NCBI GenBank assembly: GCA_964016885.1
Contig: OZ024746.1
Location: forward strand, 86,614,001 to 86,678,000
Source: Eledone cirrhosa
Taxonomy: Eukaryota
Reading direction: 5' to 3'
DNA: 64,000 nt
Shown: one piece after another, positions 40,111-55,044 of the stretch
Layout: each line of letters starts with the position of its first letter
Position numbering within the stretch: the stretch's first letter is position 1
The notes under the pieces: model-generated
Told to the model about the DNA's origin: nothing
The model's input: only the letters and a program-made list of their open reading frames with translations
Database searches by the model: none
Made by a program: the position numbers and the translations under genes

Positions 40111-42717
40111 TCGAAAAGTTTCTGTAGTTTCCGTCTATCAAATTTTATTCACAAGGTATTGGTCAATCCGAGGCTATAGCAGAAGACACCCACATTGCTG
40201 TTCAATGGGACTGGACCCGGAACCACGTGACTACAAGGCGAACTCTTTTACTACACAGCTCTGTCTGCTCCCATAACATTTCTGCGAAAACCTTACCTTA
40301 AAAATATGTGTATGCAATATGTTTTATAATCTGAAAATAATTAGTTTGTTTGAAATAAACATTCATGGAATAGCTAGTCGGTATTATCACTTCAATCAGT
40401 TTTAAAGAAATAGGTCTTGACAGAGGGACAATTGAACTGTGGACTAATCAACTGAAAAAATGACGCTGATAATACTGGGATTAATTAAGAGTTGTCTATC
40501 ATATCCCCCGAATTATCAATTAATTCTTGGCCTTATGTATTGGCACGTTAGATTTTGGTATTTGTTTCGGTAAAAATTATCAAATGTTATGGTTGTTTGA
40601 ACGATTTCCATCTATTCTTTAAACCACGTTAATTTCTGTCAACTCATTGGCTTAAATTTTAACCTTCATTTATTTCTCACCAAACATGAAACAATTAATT
40701 AACAATGTGATCTCAAGATCATAAAAATGTTTTAATATAAAATCAGACAACCTGACAATATTTAATATAAATATTTAATATAAAATCAGACAACCTGGCA
40801 ATGATACTGAAATCAGAATTAAGATGTTAATCCAAAATCTTAAAGACATCACAATGATTAAAGAGAAATAACGAATCTCAAATGCCGATGCCGAACATTC
40901 TGATACGGGTTTTGATATTTTCAGGCTTGACAGAATTGGCAGAATGGGTAGAGTGCCGGATAAAATGCTACGTCGTTATTCGTTCTGGTTGTTTATATTT
41001 TAAGCTCAAATCTTGCTGAGGCTAGCTTTGGTCAAGCATTATTTCATCTTCTTTTTTCAGACACAGATTATGTCCTAGTCTATATTTTAAAATGTGAATC
41101 ATTTGAGGGCTTCTTCTAGCAGATCGAGCAAACACTTAGTAGCTCCTTGATGGGCTCATTTTCTTTCATTGTTGTTTAAGCTCAGGTAAAACTTAAACTG
41201 GAAGACCGACAATGAAATGCGTTTCGAACGTAATCGTTCCACCCTAATCAATTACAACAATGTGCCCATTCGTTCTAAGGCAGTAATGTGCAATTTTAAG
41301 GACATTTGGCTGCTACTTTCTCAGGTCATGGGACCATACACGGGCTCATATTTTAGTTTGTTTTCTTGTTTGTCTTTAGATTGGTTTCGTTTCCGTGTTA
41401 AACAGCACCGGAATATATGGTGGTTGCATATCTCTCTTCTAAACAATGATTAGATAGCACACACAGACTAAGTATACTTTTAGAGAGAAGAACTTTCTCA
41501 AAATGTTTACCGTTTTTTTTTCATATTATCTATTTTGCAATAAGAATTCCTGTGTGTATCAAAGGTTTAAAATTTGTTGTCGATCTGTAAAGTAATTATT
41601 AGCCAATATTTGTACTATTTTTGTATGTGTTAAATTAGGTTTTATTATATAGAAAAAAAGAGGTGAAGCAATTCTTCAAATATAATAAAATATCTAACAA
41701 GAATCAGAGATGCGTATCATAAATTATTTTAGTTTATATTAGGTAACCTTTAAAATGTCTGTTTATTTGTAAAATAGAATAAAAATGGTTATATTTCTTC
41801 TATAACAATTTTAATGTTTCAATAACAAAAAGAAAAAGAAAATGGTGAAAAAAAATCGTTTTTAGTGATAAAATGGTGAAGCTTAAGAAAAAGATTTAGT
41901 AGACAGCTTCTAGACAACAAAAATAAAAATCACGTATACCTATGGACAAATTCAGTTGATTTAGTCAGACACATTTTAATCGCTTCAATGTTGAAGTGAA
42001 TTTTGAAGGCTATTGCATTAAAAAAAAATTTTTTTTAAACATTAAGTCGGAGCCAGTCTTTCACATTATTGAATAAGATTCCTTCTTTATAACACGACAA
42101 CATCGTAATGAGAATTACTCTAGTCTGCAGCTGCAATGGCTTTTCTCGGGGCTGACATCCAGGGTTGATCTTCGACAGTTACACAAACCTGATCTGTCCT
42201 GTCACTCTAATAGAAAACTGTTTATTATTTTCGAGCGTCATGAAATAAAATTTGGCCTCTCTATTCTATATAATTGCATTTTCTTGAATGATTTCTCCTA
42301 TTCTGTTCTCGTCGAGATACCTAAGAGGTTTATAATTATAATTAAACTCTTTCCCAATAGTAAGTAGTCAAGTTTATGAAACATCTATGGCCTAACCAGG
42401 AAGCCTTTCAAGCCAACAAATACGCCACCAGATTAAACGACATTAAACGTATAATATTTATACCAGTAAAATGTCTGTGATCTCACGTTTACTTACTATG
42501 TTGAGATTGGACCATTTTCTTTGTGATTTACACATTTGGCTCCTCGTACACCCACTCGCACGCACACACAAAGAACATATTCTAAAAATAAATGAATACA
42601 CACGCACAAGAAAACTTACACAAAAAAAAAACATGCACACATACATCAAAGCTTTCATCCTTGAATAGAACACATCTTCTCCAGCTTTTTTAGTTCCGAT
42701 GTCAATTATCTGAGATA

Positions 42718-42905
42718 TGGTGGATTGGCAGTATCGGTAGAGGGCCGGACGCCATGCTTTGACGCATAGAGTTACGGCCCTTGCCATTCTGAGTTCAAAT
42801 TCCGCCGGGGTTAACTTTGCTTTTCATCCTTATGGGGTCGATAAAATAAAGTACCAGTAATATACTGGTTAATTGCTGGCCTTGTGCCAAAAGTAGAAAC
42901 AATTA
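42718..42905 (+). mobile_element. tRNA-derived SINE (family S)
   Basis: Near-consensus copy. Confidence 0.9.
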
Positions 42906-43224
42906 TTATTATCATTATCGTCATCATCATCATCATCACCATGATGATGATGATGATGATGATGATTGATGGTGATGATCATCATTATCACCATTATCAC
43001 CAACACCATCATCATCATCATTATCATCATCACCATCCTCCTCCTCCTCCTCCTCCTCCTCCTCCTCCTCCTCCTCCTCCTCATCATCATCATTAGCTTG
43101 TGAAGACGTTTTATTGTTAGCTTCGAAAGGTTTTTTGTTTTAAGTTATTTGAAGTGTGATTTGTTGAAATATCTTTGTTAGAAATTGTTAATAGGGTGCC
43201 ATGCATTGCCCTCTAAAAAATGTG

Positions 43225-44720
43225 ATCTCATAATATTTGGGCCTTTGGCCCGTAAATCTGAACTTTCTTTTCTAATTTTCACGCCTACTAGCGTCTAAAA
43301 AATTGAGGCAGAAACATACCCCTCCTCTTCCAGCCAACTGTCTCGTGTCAGCGACTTGCAGTCGAGTGGAAAATTCGGCAATAACATCACCACATTCCAC
43401 CACCAACAACAACAACTCCAATACAGATATTACTACTTTCACTATCGTCAGTACTACCAATAACAACAACAACAACAGCTGCAGCAGTAACAATAATAGG
43501 AAAGCTAACACAAACAGCAACGACAAAAGTCATACAATATAAATATATGAAAATGAATACGCCGCATTACCAGAATGTAACACTACCACCTAGCTAATAC
43601 CACCGCTGCCACCACCACAACAACAAGAATCACTGACACAAATAAGAATATGAACAACAACATGAGTGACAGCAATGACAGAAGAAACAGCAACAACAAA
43701 AATAACAACAACAACAACAAAAGCAACAACAGTAACAGTAACAATAACAGTAATAACAATAACAACAACACCTGCAACAAAACAAACACAGAACTGTCAA
43801 CCCTCTTTACCATCCGACTAGAAAGCAGAATGTGACCCTACCCAATACAACACAGAAGGATCCCTCAAAATCAGCTGTTTCCTTCGCAGGGGCAACGGAA
43901 TATTCAGAAACAATAACTCTCAAAGAAAATGAAATAAGGGAGGCCAAGAAGATACTAAAGACGAGGGGTCAGCATCAGCTTCACACCTGCATCCAACGAC
44001 TTGGAAAACACGCGACTTTGTACGGCAACATACCATACAACTGAACTGAAACCTCGCCGGGTGGGCGCGCCACGAAGTCCCAGATCCCAAAGGCTTTAGA
44101 TTGCGTATGGCAACGTAAAACGTCTTTCACTCGAGGCCGGGGATTTGTAACGGTGGATGTATTTTTCAAAACCATAGAGGGATCCAGACGACACTCTCTC
44201 ACGCCACTCAGGAGCGAAGAGCTGACTTCTTTTGTAGCCAAAGTTGAAGAAAGGTAAGGCTGACCTAAGTGCCGCCCACAATAGCTATTTCCTTTCTTGT
44301 GACGGCTGTCTTCAAGGATGTTGAGGACAACACTCATTCTAGACGTAAAGAAATTCAAAATGGAAAGCTGGTCAGCATCAAAATAGAACTACTGATCCAA
44401 ACAAATCAAGAAAATATTGAGGCTATCCCGGACATAATCGAATCGACTATGTGGACGCTTCCAGCTTCTCAGTGGCTGTAGTGGGCAGAAAGCCAATTTA
44501 CCACACGCGTGGCGTAAATAACACACCAAGGAAATGAACTCCCTGTCCTGCCTACATCAAATCCCACACTGACAGTAAATCAACAATCAGCGGCCACAAT
44601 ACAATCAGGAAACTCACCAACGCCATCTACAACAGCAACAGTAGTAGGAGCTCCACCACTATCTGTCAGGCCAGATCCAACACGAACAGATGCAACAACA
44701 GCCTCATACATTGGCTCGTT
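43225..44720 (+). pseudogene. Decayed 5' UTR and ORF1 of a related Tx1 LINE
   Basis: CTCATAATATTTGGGCCTTTGGCCC..TGAACTTT matches the intact 5' UTR; Asn-rich start; VSFAGA, IELLIQTNQENIEAIPDII and GRKP remnants align to ORF1. Confidence 0.7.
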
Positions 44721-46168
44721 TTTTGGTGACAGTTGTTTTGTTAAGCCAAAGACAAAGATGACAAAAATAATTATAATCAAATGTATTCCAGCTGTTTATT
44801 CTTTTTCATTATCGGATGAACAATTAAATTTTCATGTGTGATATGAGGGATATTTAAGCAATATTTCACTGAGTTTGTCCGACCAAATAAATGCCCCTCT
44901 GTTATTTCCTTTTGTGTGTGTGCGCTTTGGAAGTATGTCATCTCAAGTATTTCATCTTACGTATTTCGTCTCACTTATTTAGAGGCAAACCCCCAACTCT
45001 TCTACTACGATAAGGTAGGATACACACAGTGAGAACAAATATTTTTGTATTACCTCTTTTTCACAACAAGAGTTCAAGTGTTTATATATAAAGCTTACAG
45101 TTTGTTGTTGATCTGTAAAATGTTTACTAGCAAACCTTCACACATTTTTCGTATGTTTTAAGTTAGGTGTTATTAAATAGATAAAAACTGGTGAAACAAT
45201 TCCGAAAATAAGCATAAGATGAAAACATTCTACATCATAATTGTAGACGAGTCTCGAATATTATCTAAACTTTGTGATAGGCAATCATTAAAATATCTTT
45301 TTATTTGTGAAATAGAATAAAAATCATTAGGTTTCTTTGCTTTTATTTATTTATATATCTACACATATTATTTAAAGGAATAAAGATAAACAACCAACAG
45401 CCGTTTTATGTTATAGGAAGCCGAAACTTTGGAAAAGAAATCTAGTAGATAGAGACATATGCACAAGAACAAATTCATTTTATTTACTCACATACATGAA
45501 TTGTAGTCACTTTAATGCTAAAATATATATTGAAAACTTTCTTTTTATTCCACTTTAATTCGGAGTTAGACGTTGATGATATGAAATATAACACTTCTAC
45601 ATCACGGAAAAGTGTTAACGATGATTATTGACGTCAGTAGCAATAAAATCGTTTTTCGTTTATGCCAATGACGGCTGATTATTGACGGTGATATAAAACT
45701 TATGTAGCCTGACTTTCTAATTGTATCATATTAACCTGATCCGATCATTACCCAATAAACGCTGGCGTCTCTATTCTATTTTCATATCATTCTGTTTGGC
45801 ACATTTAAGACATTCCCTTTATCATTTTATATCGTGCATGTTCTTAATAGAGGCGTGACACCTCTTGTATATCTCTAGCGATTCCATCATCATCTTTGAA
45901 TGAGTATTTCAGTGAATATCAGATTACTACGTGTTTAACACTCATCATTCACGTGATCGACCAAATATTTTTTTTATTAATGTTTGTTTCGCCATCTTGC
46001 AGAATTAAATTGGTTGAGATTGCAACGAAGAAGCCTCCGAAGCCATCAACAAAACAAAGCCTCCGGATAATATCATTAAAATGTCTGTGACTTGAATTCT
46101 TTCTACTATGTCGAAATGCAAACCGTTTCTTTGCAATACACAAGCTTCCACATGCACGCTCTCTAGCT

Positions 46169-46244
<76 letters not shown>

Positions 46245-48257
46245 ACAAAGAATATAAAAAATAACAAAATAGATACATACGCTAGAACTGTCTAACTCTC
46301 CAACTCTCTTCCACCATTAGAATATGTTTGCTGCCGAAAAATATAATTTAACTTTTATAATTCCATCGACTATTTCTTGACATGATAATTTATATTCTGT
46401 ATCTTGATGGAGATATATAGTTCGGAATTTACTGAGAAAAAGCATTGAGCTATACAGTCTCTTTATAAAAGATGACAGACTGAAACACTGAACTCTCTTC
46501 TATTTCTACATTACAGAGTCAATTATAGCGCTGACTTGTTTTGGCTTTGTTCATGCATATTTTACCAATATTCTGTCGTATCTCCTGCTCAGGATTAATC
46601 CGTTGCAATTGATGTAATTTTCTCTCAAAGACAATTTGTTTGCGAGAATTACAACCTATTATGTCTGTTGATGCTGTTTATTGTTTAACTCCAGATTAAC
46701 TCTAATAGAGCAGATTTGATCCAAGCTGTTCAAACTGAACAAATATTTTTCATTTCAGATAGAATTTATCTTGGACTATATTATCAAATGTGGTTTTCCT
46801 TTAAAGGAATTTAGAGAGTAATTTTGAAGGACATTTGGAGAATATTTTTGTAGGTCTAATAAGCACTCAGATGATCCTTGTTGACTCGCTATGTTTTATG
46901 CTTCTTGATTTTGTTGTTCTGGTTGTTTGGTCTTATGTCGACCATGGAAGTGTTCATTGTAGCTTTGTATTCCCTCTTTGCCAACCGTGTATTTAAAGTT
47001 TAAAATTTGTTGCTGATTTTAAAGTATAATCAACTAAAACCTTTCAATGTCGGAGTATGGTTTCAATTGTGTTTTATCATACGGTTATGAACAGGTGATG
47101 TAATTCTTCAAATACACAGAGTAGAAAAAAATATCTAAATCATAATTATAGTATTGATGAGTTTCAGAGATTACCGTAGTTTTGTGTAAGTTAACCATTA
47201 AAAGGTTAATCTATTTGTGAAATAGAATAAATAGTTGCTTTCTTCTATAAACCATTTATTATTTGAAAAACTAAGGAAAAGGACAAATAAACCGTTTTCA
47301 GAAATAAAATATTAAAGCTTCAGAAAAAATCTAGTAGACTGTTCCTAGATAACAAAACACAAAACCACATATGCACAGAAACAAATTCATTTCATTTAGT
47401 CTGACACACATTTTAATCGCAGTGATTCGAAGTAAATTCTAAAAAAAATATTATTTTTGTTCCATTTTAATTCCTAGTAAGACGAGAGCGTCATAACTAA
47501 GATTACACAAGTCTGTAGCAGTGAAATATTTCTAATCTACCCTGTCATAACTGACTTGATTGTACAATAAACAATTTTACCTACAGCTTCTTTTATAGCT
47601 TTCTCATAATGCTCATATCATATTCTGTTTGGAATATCGAAGACCTCTTTATCATGTTCTATCCTAGTGTTTTACACGAGAGACGTGAAGGGTTATGCAT
47701 ATCTAAAGCGATGTCACTAACAACTCTAAATGATTAACGAGAATCCAATTTGACTGCATAACTCAAGCGTTATTCTATCTACAAAAGAAATAACACTTAA
47801 GCAATAATGAGGTTGTAGAAATAACAAAGAAGCATCTCAAGCCAACAACCAAGTCTCTGTATTTCATTAGATTGAATTTATATTACTATACTACTAACAT
47901 TGCTGTGATATTCACACCGTTACCTACTTTATTAGTTTGAAAGAGTTTCCTCGTGATTTCACTGCGTACTTACACACTAGGTCTCTGTATGTATCTAGAG
48001 ACTATAGATATGCATCTAGAACGTTTCTCTCTAAAGGTGCAGGCCTGAGCAATATTTTTCGTGGGGGATCAGCTGTTGTCTATGCATAAAGATCTCTCGT
48101 CTCCACACCGTAAATGTACAAGGGAAAGACAAAATATGATTAAGTTTGTCACTAATAATGTCGCAAACGAGTTTAGAAGGCAAAGAGCAAAAAGAGATAC
48201 TGCTTAGCATAACACCCGATAATCGAACAATTCTGGCAAGCCGACGATTGGCCTCAA

Positions 48258-48445
48258 AATAATTGTTTCTACTTTTGGCACAAGGCCAGCAATTATCCTA
48301 GTGCATGACTGGTACTTTATTCTATTGACCACGTAAGGATCAAAGGCAAAGTTAACCTCAGCGGGATTTAAACTCAGATCATAAAGAGCCGTAACTCTAT
48401 GCTGCAAAACATGGCGTCCGACCCTCTACCAATACTGCCAATCCG
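48258..48445 (-). mobile_element. tRNA-derived SINE (family S)
   Basis: Consensus match. Confidence 0.9.
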
Positions 48446-48599
48446 AATGACAGAATGACAGACGTCGTTCATCTCGGTAGAGTTTGAATTCAGATCGCAG
48501 AGAGTTTGAACTGTTACCGCGAGGTATTTATTACGACGCTCTTATTACACAGACTATTTGATTAAACACAAAAACCACATATTCTTAAAGCGTAACGAC

Positions 48600-49004
48600 A
48601 TATAAAAAAACACAAACTAGTAACTAAAGATACAATATAAACACATAAACACACACAGACTCAGACACAAACACAAGAGCACACACCAAACAGAATACAC
48701 GTTCACAAACACATACGGAAACGGAGACAACCAAAAATCGTTATAGAAACACAGCGGGAGGAAACACAGCGATAATAACTGAAGATGTCACAGAAATGTG
48801 TGATGAAAGAACTTTCAGATATTATATTTATATGTATATTTTTAACTGTTGGTCAATGAATGACAAACATTGATTGCCAGCTAAATTATTTGTGAAAACA
48901 TGAAAATATATATATTGAAACTGAAGCGAAAACCAAACCAAACTGAGTGTTTTACTATCTTTTGCCAATATTATGACAACATGACCCTCCCCAAATATAA
49001 CAAT
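48600..49004 (+). mobile_element. Solo family-A pLTR with hammerhead core at 48779-48815
   Basis: CTGAAGA-T-GTCAC-AGAAATGT-GTGAT-GAAAGAACTT; ends CATGACCCTCCCCAAATATAACAATA; left boundary approximate. Confidence 0.75.
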
Positions 49005-50984
49005 AAGACATATAAACACACACAAGACAAATATTAAAAAAAACATGCACTTATATATCAGTATTCCCACTTATTGATTTGAGTATCTTATCGGATTGGA
49101 AAATCTATTCTGCTGAGAAACATCTTTCAGCTCTTCTGTCGGTCACCTTCTGATGTGTATCTTTACGTTATGTTCTGTTTCTAGATAAACGACCACAGTC
49201 CAGATCTTCTGAGAAATGGCATTCAGTTCTTTTATCTCTTGATGAAGAGCTACAGACCGAAACGTCAAAACACTAAACTCTGTCTTCATTACTACGTGCA
49301 TTAATTACTGTTTTATTTATCTGCTTTGTTTTTATTACTGAAATCTTTTGGTTATATTATAAATACACTGACTTAGTTCCACCCTTCGGATCAACCCGGA
49401 TTGAATTTGTCATAAGAAAATGTTTATTTTGAGATTTTCATCCGAAACCCCGCCCCCTGAAAAAAAAACTGATCTAATTTTGTATAATAGACGCATCGTT
49501 GGTGAACATTAGTTAGATTAATAGACAATCTGAGACATTTTGATGTTATTGTTAAACACCTTGCTAATGCTGATCTTGCATACACATGATTTATGGCGTA
49601 AAAATACTAACTATTCTATCTTTATTACATATGCAGTGTATCTAAGAGTACACTATCAGACGTGCTTATGTTTTTATGACAGTAGAGTGAAATATGGGAA
49701 AAATCTGGAAATTATTGCTTACCAGGTCCAGTGAACATTTAAAGGTTACTTCTTTGTTTTATTTTGGCACCAGTTGTTTTTGTGTACTGAAGATCAATCC
49801 TGATTGAAAAAAAATCCACACAATCAACTACGTTTCAGCTAAGAACACCTCATCCTATTCGTCTAAGGTCTACAGCATCCAATGTGTTCTTCCATTTTAA
49901 AACGATGATGTGAGATTTGAAGAAGACTTGTCAGCTATTTTCTCAAGTCGTGCGACCACATAAGGATTTTCGAATGATGGCTTTTCTTTTCTTTGCGTGC
50001 GTCGTTAAGATTGCTTTCATTCATGTATTCAACCATACTGGATTATTGTTGTATTATTGTCCAATTTTCTACTGCTATCAGATAGGTTACATTTAGAACG
50101 ACTGTTACTGTCCTTGTCAAAACTGTGCACCAAATCTATATAACCTCTCTTATTCAGTAAGAATTCCACGATGTATTTTATGTCTAGAATCTTTTGCCGA
50201 TCAGTTAAGTATTTACTAGCAAGCCTTCGAGCTGTTTTGGATATATTGAATTAGGTTATATTAAATAGATGAGAGCAGGTGTAGCAGTTTTTGAAATATA
50301 CAGATTATAAAAATATCTGAATCCTGATTATAGATGAGTTTCAGAGATTACATTAGTTTTGTATAAGGTAACCATTAAATTGTTTGTACATTTTCGAACG
50401 AGAATGAAAATAGTTAATTTACTTTTATCCATAGGCATTTTTTAATTGGAGAAAAATGGCATAAGCCATTTTAAATAGCAAAACGCTAAAATATAAGACA
50501 ATATAACAAATTCAAGTAGACAACTAGTAGACTACGAAACACAGATCAATTCATTTGATTTAGACAGACATTTTGTAATTACTTTGAAGTTGAAGTAATC
50601 TTTTTTATTGTATTTTCCAGTCGTTCATGTTACAAAACAAAGTTATCTTTGAACATCACGAGAACGCCACAATGACAATTATTGAAATCTGTAGCAGTGA
50701 AGTATTTTTACGTCAATGGCAGGGAAACATTGACAGTGATGCAAAACAATATTAACTGACTTTCTATTTGAGATATTTAAACCTTTTCTATCCTTGATAA
50801 ATACATTTTGATTTCTCCCCTTTCTTTCAGATGTGTTTTATAAATTTTCACGGATCACACTCGCTTCGAACATTTACGATGTTCGTTTTAACTATCCCAC
50901 TCTTCCACATTAACTCTACAAAATACTTCAGCTATGTTGGTATAGTCACTGTTTCCGTCTCTCTCTCGCTCTTCCCATCTCTCA

Positions 50985-51190
50985 CTATGAGCAAATAGGG
51001 CCCCATGCACTGGCTACCCCGCGTTCTCAGCGGACAGAATAGAGAAGACGTAACTCAAAGGATGGTGGGTGACGGGGACGCGTTGGAAGAGCCATTCCAG
51101 CACGCGGGCTCACACATCTGCGGGTAGCCAACTCCATGCCGATGGTGGTCAGTAGGGAGGTGGTCTCAGGGCCAAGGACACCAAAAGTAT
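50985..51190 (-). mobile_element. CRE-clade 3' fragment (second copy)
   Basis: FGVLGPETTSLLTTIGMELATRRC matches 3830-3900; ends GGGCCCTATTTGCTCATAG like 4171-4190. Confidence 0.7.
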
Positions 51191-51647
51191 TTAATCGTCT
51201 ATATTTGTCCATCCCTGTGCTTTCGTCAGGTGTTAATTGTATCTGATGCCAATTAAAAAAACCCAACAGACACACCCATCATACCAAACACCTTTATACG
51301 GGGCTCGTAGTCTACAAATTATCAGGGCATCATACAATATCTAAACTCTTTACACAATTCTATCCATCAATAAAACATAAAACTAAGCTAAAGAAAACCC
51401 ACCTCGGATTGTCTGAATATTTAGAGTAACAACACTCAGTTGAATCGTCTATTTGCTGCTTGAGTTAATTTACGTTAGTTTTTGTCCGTTTTGGTATCTT
51501 TCCCCTGAGATCTTTTGGATATATTACTAATACGCTGCTTTGGGATTTAACCAGATTGAACTTGTAATGTGTGACTTGCCTTGAAAACATCTGAAATGAA
51601 GTGACATAAATTTATTTTCTCCTGAAATCCTTAGTATTTCCTGGTGA

Positions 51648-52566
51648 TCATATATATATATATAAAACAGAGGATATCTGTCTGTCTATATGTCTGTCCG
51701 ACCGATTTATTTCAAATTTACTTATATTTCTTGAAGTGCAATGGGCTAAAAGTCTTTTAACTTTTTTTGCCCTAGGGCCCGCATTAGGCGAAAAACCGCA
51801 TTTTAAGGCTTTTTTGAGGTATACCTTAAAGATAATCCAGCCGATTTCCTCGAAATTTGCAGCACACATTTAGTTAGACCCATCGCATTGCTGTGGACAA
51901 AAAAAAAAAAAACCATGCCATTAATGGTGTCTAGGAAATTTACGAATTAGCATTGGGCATTACATGCCATTTTCATTTTCAATATAAACGTTACTTAAAC
52001 GTCGTAAGAAGCGTATAATATTTCGTTAACAATTTGGTTTATTTAACAGAGCACACAATACTTACTTACTTTTAAGCAGGACCATTTTCGGGGGATTGAG
52101 GAAATGAGGAGGACCTTTGTCGGCGCCCTGTTGACGTTTCGTGCTTTCATCACGCGCAAATCCGGACCCTGTGTACGTTGCCGTGTTATTGACATCGTAA
52201 AACTCACGTCTGTGCTACTTCTACTAAGACCTCTTTTGTTGCACTTACACCGCAGTATGAATGCCCTGCGCTAGTACGGTTGTGCTAATTCCGCGGTGAC
52301 CCCTTTTTTTCGCACCTTGACCCCTTTTTGTTGCACTATGACCCCCTTCTGCTGCAACTGCGTTGCCACGCTGATTTCGTTATCTCAATATCCCTACTTA
52401 AACGCACATCCGCACTTGGTTTTCACACAATTAACTACATCGCTCCTCAATTATTCCCTGAGAATAAGGGAATTCAAAAAGTACACAGCTACATTTCTCA
52501 ATCTTTGCATATGCGTGCTGCTATTTCACGTGTCCTACCCAGTGCAACGCCGGGTCCTGCTGCTAG
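51648..52566 (+). mobile_element. Non-autonomous Helitron
   Basis: 5' TC-(AT)n-AAAA..TCTGTCTGTC after an A; 3' hairpin CCCAGTGCAACGCCGGG ~8 nt before terminal CTAG, followed by T. Confidence 0.8.
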
Positions 52567-52583
52567 TCATTAATAGAAAAAGG

Positions 52584-53010
52584 AGGGTGGTGGATTGACA
52601 GTATCAGTTGAGCGTCGGACGCAATGCTTTTTACGCAATGCTTTTTACGGCCCTTTATGATGTGAGTTCAAATCCCGTCGAGGTTAACTTTGCCTTTCAT
52701 CCTAGGGGGTCGATAAAATAAAGTACCAGTCACGCACTGGGATCGATTTAATCGACTTTCCCCTCCCCCTAAATTTCTGGCCTTGTGCACATATCAGAAA
52801 CCATTATTAAGAGAAAAAGCGCGGCGGATTAGCAGTATCGTTAGAGCACCAGACAACATGCTTTGCTGCATAGTGTACGTCCCTTTACGTTCTGATGTCA
52901 AAACCCACCGCGGTTAACTTTGCCTTTCATCATTACGAAGTGGATAAAATAAAGTACCAGTAATGCACTGGGATAATTGCTGGCCTTGTGCCAAAAGTAG
53001 AAACAATTAT
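52584..53010 (+). mobile_element. Two tandem family-S SINEs (52584-52808, 52819-53010)
   Basis: Long-tail then short-tail subtype. Confidence 0.9.
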
Positions 53011-53433
53011 TGTTTAGATTTTTATTAGACTTAAGCGAGGAGAAAGTTAGGTATAGTTGAAATTTCCCCAACGATTTACCAACAGTTGATTAGCGTGTAG
53101 TAGGGAAAGTTCTTTCGTACATATGAATTTCAAGTAAACTTATAAACGTTTTTATTTTATATCATTTTCCTACTTTTGTAGTAGCACTCAAAATATTTTA
53201 AAAGATATTTACAATATAATTTATTTATAAGCCTGAAGAGAAAACAATGTCTCTATGAATTATCTATACAAACATACAAACACACTCACACATATATATA
53301 CAGACATTTATATACATATATATATATATATATATACACATACATATGTACACATAGACACACACACATACGCACACATACACGCACACACACACATATA
53401 TATATACACACATACTTTTATATATATACACAT

Positions 53434-53478
<45 letters not shown>

Positions 53479-53489
53479 TTTATATATAT

Positions 53490-53520
<31 letters not shown>

Positions 53521-53616
53521 CACACATACGCACGTACACACACACATATATATACAGACTTTTGTATATATACACATACATATCTATACATAGACATGTA
53601 CACACACACACACACG

Positions 53617-53650
<34 letters not shown>

Positions 53651-53712
53651 CACAGACTTTTATAAATATACTCTTACACACATACACACACATACGCAAA
53701 CTCACACATACA

Positions 53713-53796
<84 letters not shown>

Positions 53797-53824
53797 TATA
53801 TATATATAAGTCAGAATGGAAGCA

Positions 53825-54264
53825 GTAAAAACCTGTTAGACTATTACACACCAGAGTACACGATACTCGGGGTAGTAGAGTGTGGTTAGATGAAGAATTC
53901 GACGCCTGATCTCTTACAATTTCAGCAGCTATTTCAGAACTGATTCGCCGGTGTTCTGGCTGCCAAAATTGCTGACATCATCAGGGGTCAGCAATGTCCA
54001 AATATGGGCATAAACTTTATACATAGAAGTCTATAAGCAGTTGCTGTTTTTTTGGGGGAGTGGTCAGTTTTCGTGTGTGTGTGTGTATATATATTTATAT
54101 GTGCGTATTCGTATGGCCAGCTGTCTTTATTCAGCTTTATCCCGATAAATATATTGAATTATCTTTATCTAGGTCTGTGGGTGAGCAGATATGTCTATGT
54201 TTGTCTCAACCTAAGGGCTTTGCTGATGATGTCAGCTATTTTGGCCGCCAGAACACAGGCGAAT
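53825..54264 (-). mobile_element. pLTR-like element with an extended-stem hammerhead motif (~53915-53987) and partial inverted copy (54223-54264)
   Basis: On -: CTGATGA-TGT-CAGCAATTTT...GAAATAGCTG-CT-GAAA; inverted CTGATGATGTCAGCTATTTTGGCCGCCAGAACAC. Confidence 0.6.
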
Positions 54265-54265
54265 A

Positions 54266-54335
<70 letters not shown>

Positions 54336-54336
<1 letters not shown>

Positions 54337-54952
54337 CGGCGATGAATTAGTTTTGCGAGGTTTTTTATATGAAATCGTGTGTCGAAACAAATATTGTTAT
54401 ACTTGGGGAGGGTCATATTTGTGTAATATTGCCAGAATTAATAACAGAACACACTCACTGTTTGGTTGGTTTTCGCTTCTCGCTGTCTTTTATATCGGTA
54501 ATCTAACTTACTCGGTCCTCAATGTTGCCATTGACTGACCGACGGTCAAAAATAATACAGATACAATATAGACACAAACACATATATATAGTTTATCATA
54601 AATCTTTCGTTGCACATCTGCAACATCGTCAGTGGTGTTATATTTTCCTCCTGTTGTGTTGTATGTCTACGCCATTTTTTTTATTCAGTCTGTCTAACAG
54701 GAGGAAAATATAACACCACTGACGATGTTGCAGATGTGCAACGAAAGATTTATGATAAACTATATATATGTGTTTGTGTCTATATTGTATCTGTATTATT
54801 TTTGACCGTCGGTCAGTCAATGGCAACATTGAGGACCGAGTAAGTTAGATTACCGATATAAAAGACAGCGAGAAGCGAAAACCAACCAAACAGTGAGTGT
54901 GTTCTGTTATTAATTCTGGCAATATTACACAAATATGACCCTCCCCAAGTAT

Positions 54953-54960
<8 letters not shown>
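54336..54960. mobile_element. Family-A fold-back pLTR: perfect 265-bp arms (54391-54655/54696-54960), 40-bp spacer, 55-nt tail; hammerheads at 54595-54636 (-) and 54715-54756 (+)
   Basis: Arms are reverse complements; ACCA-CTGACGA-T-GTTGCA-GATG-TGCAAC-GAA-AGATTT-A-TGAT; (TA)n on both sides. Confidence 0.9.
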
Positions 54961-54999
<39 letters not shown>

Positions 55000-55044
55000 T
55001 AAATATACACGGGTGTGTATGATTGTGTATAGAAGCTTATATTA

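Larger units (their letters stand above)
41170..50900. repeat. Four highly diverged tandem copies of a ~1.3-1.5-kb block (cores at ~41540, 45065, 46988, 50157)
   Basis: Collinear motifs recur, e.g. TTTGTTG..GATCTGTAAA, TTAGGT, AGGTAACCATTAAA, ATTTGTGAAATAGAATAAA, TAGTAGA, CAAATTCATTT.ATTTAG; each copy is preceded by the same decayed repeat. Confidence 0.75.

Noticed and set aside
50320-50352. Walker-B-like peptide ILIIDEFQRL on + strand of the tandem block
   Set aside because: Frame has stops shared across copies and no Walker A seen; may be chance
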